Positions 8,483-16,322 of a stretch of DNA of 31,249 nucleotides are shown piece after piece (positions within the stretch are counted from its first letter, which is position 1; each line of letters starts with the position of its first letter). Made by a program: the position numbers and the translations under genes. Origin of the DNA: Saprospiraceae bacterium (GTDB lineage: Bacteria > Bacteroidota > Bacteroidia > Chitinophagales > Saprospiraceae); contig JALOMF010000003.1 in the NCBI GenBank assembly GCA_025455635.1, positions 1-31,249 of the forward strand, written 5' to 3'. Under the pieces are notes generated by a model, which was given only the letters and a program-made list of their open reading frames with translations, was not told where the DNA came from and did not search any database.

Positions 8483-9268
8483 ATGCAAGACAACAAAGCA
8501 AAGATTGACCAAATCATCAGCGAAGCCAACGACTTCCGGTTTGGCGACTACCTCAGCAGGGGCTTCGAGATTTTCAAAAAAGACATTGGCGGGTTCGTTG
8601 TGTTCACGCTCGTTTTCTTTGTGCTATCCGTCGTCATTGGGCTGATACCCATCGTGGGCAGCATTGCCAACTCGCTCGTCATCACGCCTGCCCTGACCGT
8701 GGGCTTCTACTTGGTGGCCCGCAAACTGGACTTGGGCGAACAGAACGAGTTCGGCAATTATTTCAAGGGCTTCGATTTCGTGGGCCAGCTTGCCCTCGCA
8801 GCCTTGGTCACCAGTGTTATCTCGCTCTTGGCGCTCATCCCGTTTTACTTGGCTTTCTGGAACCCAGAGTACCTTGAGTGGTACCAAGAAGTGGTTCAAA
8901 ACCCAGGCTCGCCACCGCCCAGCTTCCCTGAATTACCGCCGGTTTGGTCTTTTTTACTGTTGCTTCCCGTATTTTATATTGGCATTGTCTATGGCTGGAC
9001 CTACCTGTTCATTGCCTTCCACAAATTGGATTTTTGGCCAGCGATGGAGGCCAGCCGTAGGCTGCTGACCAAGCATTTTTTCATCTATTTCATCTTCATG
9101 TTGGTGTTGGGCATCATTATGTTTGCCAGCATACTGGTATTTTGCATCGGCATCTTGGCGGGTTTCCCCATCATCATGTGCATGAACTACGCTGCCTTCG
9201 CCGACCTGACCAAGCTCAACGCCACCCCCGATGCCGGAGAGGAGATTGAGCAGCACTTGATTGTTTGA
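8483..9268 (+). CDS. Integral membrane protein (DUF975/BPSS1780-like)
   Basis: About six hydrophobic segments; GF..F K..., F.DYF.GF and FWPAMEASRRL patterns. Confidence 0.8.
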   Translation: MQDNKAKIDQIISEANDFRFGDYLSRGFEIFKKDIGGFVVFTLVFFVLSVVIGLIPIVGSIANSLVITPALTVGFYLVARKLDLGEQNEFGNYFKGFDFVGQLALAALVTSVISLLALIPFYLAFWNPEYLEWYQEVVQNPGSPPPSFPELPPVWSFLLLLPVFYIGIVYGWTYLFIAFHKLDFWPAMEASRRLLTKHFFIYFIFMLVLGIIMFASILVFCIGILAGFPIIMCMNYAAFADLTKLNATPDAGEEIEQHLIV

Positions 9269-9276
9269 TTGAATTA

Positions 9277-9350
9277 ATTGTTGAATTGTTTGATTGCTGG
9301 ATTGTTATTGTGATACGTGTAACAATCTAGCAATCAAACAATTCAACAAT
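9277..9350. repeat. Tandem 8-mer palindrome, 31-bp arms with 1 mismatch
   Basis: attgttga attgtttg attgctgg attgtta (9277-9307) versus taacaatc tagcaatc aaacaatt caacaat (9320-9350). The anmK stop lies inside the right arm. Confidence 0.85.
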
Positions 9351-10425
9351 CAAATACCCCGCCGCCCAAAGCATCCCGGCTCGCTCCGGTCACGCTGGCG
9401 ATGCAGTTCGGGGCACCCTCCACCCGCATTGTACCGAGTAGCGCCATCAACAGCGCTTCCTTGAACTTCACAACATTTTCGTTTGGAACGACCACTTCTA
9501 CATTTGGCAAATGCTGTTGGATGCACTGCATCAGGTAGCCGTTGAAGGCACCGCCGCCCGTAGCCAGCAATTGGTATTTTTCCTTCGTAAAACACTCATT
9601 TTCAACCACTTGCCGCACTGACCCCGCCAGTTGCACGGCGATGTGCTGACAAACCGTGTGCAGCCTGTCGGCAATGGGCGACGAGGCAGCTAGGCATGCT
9701 TCGGTCAAGTGCTGGCGCACCCACTGGTTCGATAGCGATTTGGGGTATTGCTCCGCAAAAAACGGTTGGTTGTTGATTATCTCAAAAAGCGAGGAGTCGA
9801 GTTGGCCGGAGGCCGCCAGCAGGCCGTCCTTGTCGTAGGGCAGCCCCCCTGCAAGGTTGGCAAGGGCGTTGAGGGCTTGGTTTGCTCCGCAAACATCGAA
9901 GGCGACGATGCGGGCTGCGTGGCAGGTGATATTGGCGATGCCGCCAAGGTTGAGGTAAAAATCGTAGCCGGGGAAGAGCAGCTTGTCGGCCATCGGGGCG
10001 AGCGGTGCGCCCTGGCCTCCGAGTGCCACATCAGCCGTGCGGAAGTCGTTGATGACGGTGCAGCCCGTGGCATTGGCCAGTGCGGCGCCATCGCCAATCT
10101 GCACCGTGAAGCCCCGTGCGGGTTCATGGAAAATGGTGTGGCCGTGCGAGGCGATGAGGTCAACCTGCACATTTGACAAGCCGTTTTTTTCAAAAAAATG
10201 ATTTACCAGCCCACCGATGTAATGCCCAAACTCCGCATGGGCACTGCAAAAATCAAAGGCTGAAGCACTGGGCAATTGGCGAAGCCGCTCCTGCCAGGCC
10301 TCCGTGAAGGGCAGGGTGTCCGCCCGCAGCAGTTCCCAGCTTTTTACCAAAAAAACACCTCCCTCCCAAGCCGTGACGAGGCGGCAGTAGGCGATGTCGA
10401 GGCCATCAAGCGAGCTGCCCGACAT
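9343..10425 (-). CDS. anmK: Anhydro-N-acetylmuramic acid kinase (true start uncertain)
   Basis: (IGL)MSGSSLDGLD, SHGHTIFH, QIGDG, DFRTADVALGGQGAPL, LNLGGIANIT, AFDVCGAN, GGGAFN, KEAL. Confidence 0.92.
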   Translation of the reverse strand: MSGSSLDGLDIAYCRLVTAWEGGVFLVKSWELLRADTLPFTEAWQERLRQLPSASAFDFCSAHAEFGHYIGGLVNHFFEKNGLSNVQVDLIASHGHTIFHEPARGFTVQIGDGAALANATGCTVINDFRTADVALGGQGAPLAPMADKLLFPGYDFYLNLGGIANITCHAARIVAFDVCGANQALNALANLAGGLPYDKDGLLAASGQLDSSLFEIINNQPFFAEQYPKSLSNQWVRQHLTEACLAASSPIADRLHTVCQHIAVQLAGSVRQVVENECFTKEKYQLLATGGGAFNGYLMQCIQQHLPNVEVVVPNENVVKFKEALLMALLGTMRVEGAPNCIASVTGASRDALGGGVFDC

Positions 10426-10460
10426 GAGGCCGATGGCGTTGGTAGTGTTGATTGGATGGC

Positions 10461-10559
10461 TTTGTTTGATGGGTTTGACTTGTTCGATGGGGTTGGCTTG
10501 TTGAAGGGTTCACGCAACACTGCCCCTCAAACAAATCGAACCCATCGAACAAATCAACC
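10461..10559. repeat. Tandem 9-mer palindrome between the cytochrome c gene and anmK
   Basis: tttgtttga tgggtttga cttgttcga ... tcaaacaaa tcgaaccca tcgaacaaa tcaacc. Confidence 0.8.
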
Positions 10560-10894
10560 TACTTTTTCAGCGTCAGGGTGTATTCAGCCACTGCCTTTAT
10601 CTTTTCGGGCGTGAGCAGGTCCTTGAACGGTGTCATGGCTTTGCGGCCATTGGTGATGACGTTGATGCGCTCCTCCACAGGCAAGGTGGACGTTTGTAGG
10701 TTGAAGGCACCGCTGGCGCCCATGTCGCCATAGAGGCCGTGGCAGGTAACGCAGTAGGTTTTGTAGATTTTCTCGCCATCAACTTTTGGAGCAGCTTCGG
10801 CAGTAGGTTCGCTACCGCCCTTGTCGCCTCCTTCGGATTGGCTGCAAGCATAAACGAAGGTGGCAAGCAATGCGAAAACAAATATTTTTTTCAT
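10559..10894 (-). CDS. Monoheme c-type cytochrome lipoprotein
   Basis: Lipobox VYAC, heme motif CVTCH, distal Met in GRKAMTPF. Start taken at MKKIF (10894). Confidence 0.9.
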   Translation of the reverse strand: MKKIFVFALLATFVYACSQSEGGDKGGSEPTAEAAPKVDGEKIYKTYCVTCHGLYGDMGASGAFNLQTSTLPVEERINVITNGRKAMTPFKDLLTPEKIKAVAEYTLTLKK

Positions 10895-11008
10895 GTCTGA
10901 AAGGTATTTTTTGAGAGGCGAAGTTAATGGCCGCCCAGAAAAAATCGCCAAAAAGTTCTGGTATGCGCTAAAGAATCAAACAAGGGTATCAAAATTCTCG
11001 AAACGCAT

Positions 11009-11016
11009 TACATTTG
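11009..11016 (+). promoter_or_regulatory. -7 element (TACATTTG) upstream of the SWIM-SNF2 gene
   Basis: Exact TAnnTTTG match 35 nt before ATG 11052. Confidence 0.7.
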
Positions 11017-11051
11017 CGCCGACCCGTCGATAGCCATCTTTTCAAACATCT

Positions 11052-14000
11052 ATGGCAAAGAAATATGGAGTGACGTGGTGGGGGCAGCAATGGCTACATT
11101 CTCTTTCCCTGATTGATTATAGCAACCGCCTACCACGAGGTAAATCAATTGCCAGCAATGGCAAGGTTCGTTCGATAGACGTCAAGGGCAACCAAATCAA
11201 CGCGAAGGTACAAGGTGAGAAGCCGGTGCCCTTCCGGGTAGGCATTAGTGTGCCCCTGTTCACCGCCGACGAAAAATTACGGCTGTTGGAGGCCATCTCC
11301 CAGCATCCCGCCTTATTGGATAAAATAAGCAGGCGGGAACTCCCGCAGGAATTACTGAAGTTGGCCGAAACCCAACGCATTAAGATTTTCCCCGAATCGT
11401 GGAAGGATTTTTCGCTCCACTGCTCCTGCCCCGACATGGCAGTTCCGTGCGAGCACATGGCAGCCGTCATTTACGAAGTGACAGAGGAGATGGACAAAAA
11501 CCAGTTCATGATTTTTGAGCTGCACGAAATGCACCTGCTCAAGGAACTGAACGACTACTACAACCAGCTCTCGGAGAAAAAATCGGAGCAGGTGCCCGAA
11601 ATCTCCAACCTGCTGCAACCCCTGCCACCAACCGCCCAAGACCCCGACGAAGCACCCACGGCCCTCCCCCAGCCCAAGGCAGCCGACATTGACTTCACGA
11701 CCCTCCCCGAAGTGGGCAGGCACCTCATGCGGCTGTTCAGGCCACAGCCCGTTTTTCAAGAAAAAGACCTGATGGAAGCCGTCATTGAGTGCTACGAGCG
11801 GGCCTCCGAGGCCGCCGAAAAGTACTTGCAGGGCAACTTCCCGCCAGCCGACATCACCGGCAGCATCGTGTCCGGCGACAAGCTGCAAATGGTGCTCGAC
11901 CCGCAGCTTTTTCCGAAAAAACTGCATGTGCTGGACGAAAACAACAAGCCGGCCAAGGTAAACGCCGACGAACTGCTGCACCTCCTGCTCGAATACGACA
12001 TGGAAGCTCCCGGCGAAACCCACCCTACCGTGGCCGCCGTGCTCGACGCCATGTCGTTTTCGCTGAACCTTGCTGAAAAAGGGGCCATACTCCCGCAGTT
12101 GCTCTCCAATGGAAAGGATACCTACCTCATCCGGTGGGTACCGCTGATGGCCGTGGAGGAGGTCAGGCTGGTGTTCGACAAGCTGGCCGATGCCATGCCG
12201 CCCAACCTGTTGGTAGTTGAAAAAAACGGCGCACCTTTCATCTTTTCGCCCGCCGAAACGCTCAATACACTTTGCTCGCTCTTCATCGGCGACTGTGTGC
12301 GGGAGGGTGCTGAAGCTGACAACCACCCGGTGGTGAAGTTGCTGCACGGCCAAGCTGGCAGCGCCGTGCAAACCATTGAAAACGAAGCAGATGCGCAACT
12401 GCTGCAGCGGTGGTTGCAGCCGTTTTACCCGCCCCGCAAAGAGTTTGCCCCGGTGCTCCGCATCGAAGACCTAGATGGGCAGTACGGCGTAGAACTCCTC
12501 GTCGAGCAGCGCACTGCCCCGCTCGTGCCGCCGGTGACCTTCAGCCAGTTTTTGCAGCAAAAAAGGTTCGAAAACGTGAAGGCCGACGTGGTGAAGGACA
12601 TCGCCCTGCTGGCCGATATTTACCCACCGACCGAAAAAATCATTGCCACCGACGGCAAATACAGCCCCAATTACAACCCCACCCGGCTACTCGAACTGAT
12701 GGCCAACACACTGCCCGTCGTGGCCGTTTTTGGCATAAAAACCACGCTGCCGCCGGGCATGGAGAACGCCGTGACGCCCAAAGTGGCCCTACTGGCCAAG
12801 CGCCTGACCCGAAAGAAATCCAACGGCCCAGTGCCCGTCGAGGAAGTTTTCGGCTTCGACTGGCAGGTGGCCCTCGGCAACGAGATGATGACCGTGAAGG
12901 ACTTCGAGAAGATGGTGCGCAACGACGACGGCGTGGTCAAATGGCACGACAAATACGTACTGCTCGACGAGGACGAGTTGATGAAGCTCTTCGACAAACT
13001 GGAGATGCCCCCCAAACCCACCGGCCTCACGCTGCTGCAAGCCCTACTAGCCGAAGAATACGACGGCATGCCCATCAGCTTTACCGCCGATGCCACTGCT
13101 GCCCTTCGGGAATACACCACCCCCACCAAGACCAACCTGCCACGTGGCCTAGCCGTGGACATGTACCTGCACCAGCTCATCGCCTACGATTGGCTGCTGA
13201 AAAACGCCCGGTTCGGCTTCGGGAGCCTGCTCGCCGACGACCTCGGCGTAGGCAAGTCGCTGCCAGTCATTGCAGCGCTGCTGAAGTTCAAGGAGGATGG
13301 CCTGCTGAAAACCGAGAAGGCACTGCTCGTGGCCCCCATCCCCCTTCATGCCAACTGGTTGAAGGAGGTAGAAAAGTTTGCGCCAAAGCTGAGGAGGGCC
13401 GTTTTTCAAAACGGCGAGCTGGTCGGCCCTGCCGACCCCGACGTGGTATTGGCATCTTATGTCGGCTTGCGCAATGAGCCAGAACTCCTCCGCAACATGC
13501 CTTGGTACTGCATCGTGCTCGACGAGGCACAGCGCATCAAGTCGCCGCACACCGCCCTTTCAAAAAACGCAAGGTCGTTGGAAGCGCCCATCAAAATCGC
13601 CGTTTGCAGCATGGAAGTGGAAAGCAGCTTGGCCTCGCTCTGGAGCCTGATGGACTTTGCCAACCCCGGCTACTTGGGCACTTGGCGGCAGTTCACCGAC
13701 GAGTTCGTACACCCAATCCGGCGGGAGCACGAGCGCCGCAAGGCTGTTTACCTAAAAAAAATAACTGCCCCGCTGCTGCTGCGCCGCCGGAAATCAGACA
13801 AGCTGGAGCTGGCCGACTTGCCGAAACGCATCGAGCACCGCCAGTATGCCGCCCTCATTCCTGAACAGGCCGCTCTCTACGACAGCCTTGCGAAGCAAGG
13901 CCTGAAGGCAGTTTTCGATGAAAAAGAACCGCAAAGGCGGCAAAACATTGCACTGAAACTGGTGGTAGCGCTGAAGCAAGTATGCAACCACCCCTTTCAA

Positions 14001-14540
14001 TACTTGCGCAAAGGAGCCACCTTGCCGCAGCTTTCCGGCAAGGTGGAACTGCTGTTGACGCTGCTAGAAAACATCTATGAGAGCAAGGAAAAAGTACTGA
14101 TACTGACCCAGTACCAAGAGACCGGAGAGCTGCTCCTGCGCTACATCAAAGAAGCATTTGGCAAAGAGCCGATGCTGCTGCTGGGCAGCACCAACCGCCT
14201 CGTCAGGGAGGAAATGGTCGAGGTTTTTCAGGAAAAACCCGAATTTGACACCCTGCTGCTTTCGCTGAAAATGGGCGGCTCCGACCTCAATTTGACCGCA
14301 GCTAGCCACCTCATCCACTTCGATACTTGGTGGAACCCCGTGCTCGAAGCCCATGCCAGCCGGGCCATTTTGTCACCTGAAATCATGACGTGGCGCCTCA
14401 TCACCAAGGGCAGCTTGGAGGAGCGCATTGATGAAATGTTCGGCTGGAAAAAAGAACTTGCCAGCCTTACGGCAGCCGATGGAGAAGGCTGGCTGGGCAA
14501 CCTGACGGACGAAGAACTAAACGAGCTAATATCAGTTTGA
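11052..14540 (+). CDS. SWIM zinc-finger + SNF2-family helicase-like protein with degenerate catalytic motifs
   Basis: SWIM CSCPD...CEH; LADDLGVGKS, VLDEAQ, LKQVCNHP, SGK, LNLTAAS..IHFD.WWNP. Motifs III, V and VI are altered. Confidence 0.88.
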   Translation: MAKKYGVTWWGQQWLHSLSLIDYSNRLPRGKSIASNGKVRSIDVKGNQINAKVQGEKPVPFRVGISVPLFTADEKLRLLEAISQHPALLDKISRRELPQELLKLAETQRIKIFPESWKDFSLHCSCPDMAVPCEHMAAVIYEVTEEMDKNQFMIFELHEMHLLKELNDYYNQLSEKKSEQVPEISNLLQPLPPTAQDPDEAPTALPQPKAADIDFTTLPEVGRHLMRLFRPQPVFQEKDLMEAVIECYERASEAAEKYLQGNFPPADITGSIVSGDKLQMVLDPQLFPKKLHVLDENNKPAKVNADELLHLLLEYDMEAPGETHPTVAAVLDAMSFSLNLAEKGAILPQLLSNGKDTYLIRWVPLMAVEEVRLVFDKLADAMPPNLLVVEKNGAPFIFSPAETLNTLCSLFIGDCVREGAEADNHPVVKLLHGQAGSAVQTIENEADAQLLQRWLQPFYPPRKEFAPVLRIEDLDGQYGVELLVEQRTAPLVPPVTFSQFLQQKRFENVKADVVKDIALLADIYPPTEKIIATDGKYSPNYNPTRLLELMANTLPVVAVFGIKTTLPPGMENAVTPKVALLAKRLTRKKSNGPVPVEEVFGFDWQVALGNEMMTVKDFEKMVRNDDGVVKWHDKYVLLDEDELMKLFDKLEMPPKPTGLTLLQALLAEEYDGMPISFTADATAALREYTTPTKTNLPRGLAVDMYLHQLIAYDWLLKNARFGFGSLLADDLGVGKSLPVIAALLKFKEDGLLKTEKALLVAPIPLHANWLKEVEKFAPKLRRAVFQNGELVGPADPDVVLASYVGLRNEPELLRNMPWYCIVLDEAQRIKSPHTALSKNARSLEAPIKIAVCSMEVESSLASLWSLMDFANPGYLGTWRQFTDEFVHPIRREHERRKAVYLKKITAPLLLRRRKSDKLELADLPKRIEHRQYAALIPEQAALYDSLAKQGLKAVFDEKEPQRRQNIALKLVVALKQVCNHPFQYLRKGATLPQLSGKVELLLTLLENIYESKEKVLILTQYQETGELLLRYIKEAFGKEPMLLLGSTNRLVREEMVEVFQEKPEFDTLLLSLKMGGSDLNLTAASHLIHFDTWWNPVLEAHASRAILSPEIMTWRLITKGSLEERIDEMFGWKKELASLTAADGEGWLGNLTDEELNELISV

Positions 14541-14584
14541 AAAAAACGGCTGCAAGGAGTCACACCCTTGCAGCCGTTTTTTTT
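14541..14584. terminator. Bidirectional intrinsic terminator
   Basis: aaaaaacggctgcaagg-agtcacac-ccttgcagccgtttttt; GC stem with A and T tracts between convergent genes. Confidence 0.9.
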
Positions 14585-14603
14585 AAACACCTATATACCG
14601 TAA

Positions 14604-14704
14604 GCCGCCAAGTTTTGGGCATGGTTGATAATCCCTGTTTGCCAATGGGCAAGAACATTATCAACCGTTATAAACCAAAGCGCTCATGCCCAAAACTTGG
14701 CGGC
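14604..14704. repeat. 101-bp nested inverted-repeat element (MITE-like or structured RNA)
   Basis: Perfect 20-bp terminal IR gccgccaagttttgggcatg / catgcccaaaacttggcggc; inner IR ggttgataat / attatcaacc; innermost ttgcc / ggcaa. Confidence 0.75.
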
Positions 14705-14736
14705 GTGAGCAATAAATCAGGCTGTTATTGTCATTT

Positions 14737-16047
14737 TCATACACGACGGATTTCAGCCCCCAATGCATTCAGCCGCTCGTCAATCCGCTCGTAGCCCCGG
14801 TCTATCTGATGGATATTGTGGATGACGCTCTTGCCCCTTGCCGATAGTGCGGCGATGAGCAGCGCCACGCCCGCCCGGATGTCCGGCGAGGTCATTTCGA
14901 TGCCCCGCAGCTGGAAGCGGCGGTTTAGGCCGATGACCGTGGCCCGGTGCGGGTCGCAGAGGATGATTTGGGCACCCATGTCAATCAGCTTGTCCACGAA
15001 GAAGAGGCGGCTCTCGAACATTTTTTGGTGAATCAACACGCTGCCCTTCGCCTGCACGGCCATCACCAGGATGATGCTCATCAAGTCGGGGGTGAAGCCC
15101 GGCCACGGCGAGTCGTACACGGTCATGATGGAGCCGTCAATGAAAGATTGTATCTCGATTTCTTCCTGTGCCGGGATGTGGATGTCATCGCCTTGGATGT
15201 CCATTTTTACGCCCATCCGCTCGAAAACGGGAAGGATGTTGCCAAGCTCTTTCACCGCACAGTCCTTGATGGTCAGCTCGCTCTGCGTCATGGCCGCCAA
15301 GCCGATGAAGCTGCCGATTTCAATCATGTCGGGCAGGCAGCGGTGTTCGGCGGCGCCGAGGGTTTTCACGCCTTCGATGGTGAGCAGGTTGGAGCCAATG
15401 CCACTGATTTTTGCGCCCATGCCGTTCAGCAATTTGCAAAGCTGCTGCACGTAAGGCTCGCATGCGGCATTGTAAATGGTGGTAGTGCCCTCGGCCATCA
15501 CGGCTGCGAAGAGCACGTTGGCCGTGCCCGTCACCGATATTTCATCCATGAGCAAATAAGTGCCACGCAATTGCGGCGCTTCGATGAAATACATGCGCTC
15601 CTCAGCGTCGTAGCGGAAGTCCGCACCGAGTTTTTGAAGGCCGAGGAAGTGGGTGTCGAGCCTGCGCCGCCCGATTTTGTCGCCGCCGGGCTGCGGGAGC
15701 AGTGCCTTGCGGAAGCGACCCAAGAGCGCTCCCATCAGCATCACAGAGCCACGTATGCGGCGGGCATTTCCAAGGAAGTTTTTGTTTTCAAACAGGTTGG
15801 CATCCACCTCGTCGGCCTGGAAGCTGTAGGTGTCGGGGGCGAGACGCTCCACCTTCACGCCGAGGCCCCGCATCAGCTCGATTTGGCTGCGCACGTCGGC
15901 AATGTCGGGGATATTGGAAATGGTGACCTTTTCGCTGGTGAGCAGCGGGGCGCAGATGACCTGCAAGGCTTCGTTCTTGGCCCCTTTGGGCACGATGCTT
16001 CCGCTGAGTGGGCGGCCTCCAATGACTTCAAATGCTGTGTTTTGCAT
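14737..16047 (-). CDS. murA: UDP-N-acetylglucosamine 1-carboxyvinyltransferase
   Basis: GAKNEAL, RGSV, PGGDKIGRR (Asp-type active site), ISVTGT, ACEPYV, PDMIE, PWPGFTPD, HQKMFESR, PDIRAG, IDRGYE. Confidence 0.97.
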   Translation of the reverse strand: MQNTAFEVIGGRPLSGSIVPKGAKNEALQVICAPLLTSEKVTISNIPDIADVRSQIELMRGLGVKVERLAPDTYSFQADEVDANLFENKNFLGNARRIRGSVMLMGALLGRFRKALLPQPGGDKIGRRRLDTHFLGLQKLGADFRYDAEERMYFIEAPQLRGTYLLMDEISVTGTANVLFAAVMAEGTTTIYNAACEPYVQQLCKLLNGMGAKISGIGSNLLTIEGVKTLGAAEHRCLPDMIEIGSFIGLAAMTQSELTIKDCAVKELGNILPVFERMGVKMDIQGDDIHIPAQEEIEIQSFIDGSIMTVYDSPWPGFTPDLMSIILVMAVQAKGSVLIHQKMFESRLFFVDKLIDMGAQIILCDPHRATVIGLNRRFQLRGIEMTSPDIRAGVALLIAALSARGKSVIHNIHQIDRGYERIDERLNALGAEIRRV

Positions 16048-16052
16048 ATTTT

Positions 16053-16128
16053 TCGGCTTACGGTGGACGGCTTACGATGGACGGTGGACGGCCAACTAGA
16101 TTTCACCGTAAGCCGTCCACTGTAAGCC
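16053..16128. repeat. Tandem 7-mer palindrome directly upstream of murA
   Basis: cggctta cggtgga cggctta cgatgga cggtgga cggccaa - spacer - ccgtaag ccgtcca ctgtaag ccg. Confidence 0.85.
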
Positions 16129-16322
16129 GAATAAATCAGCGGCGAAGATGGGGAGGTGTCGGCGTAAAACCAACTGAAAAGCTCAAACGATGAGTTCTTT
16201 CTGGTAATCGTCAATTTTTGAAAAAATTGTGGTTCTTTGCGATGTTTCACTCACCATCTCCTTTCACAGCAAGTTTTGGCTTGTTGGCAAGGAATGCCAG
16301 CGTGATGGTAAAATTAAACAGC

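Noticed and set aside
6636-8645. 669-aa ORF antisense to nadB (similar ones at 11352-12398, 14947-16125, 16314-17393, 28165-29253)
   Set aside because: Shadow ORFs opposite well-supported genes with high third-position GC; no recognisable motifs.
14870-15720. MurA Cys-to-Asp active site (PGGDKIG) as a novelty
   Set aside because: A known natural variant associated with intrinsic fosfomycin resistance; not unusual.
16218-16322. Longer N-termini from the ORF track for the fucosidase (also gldH, nadB, cytochrome c, beta-barrel)
   Set aside because: Downstream ATGs give clean signal peptides or conserved starts, and some extensions run through promoter or repeat sequence.
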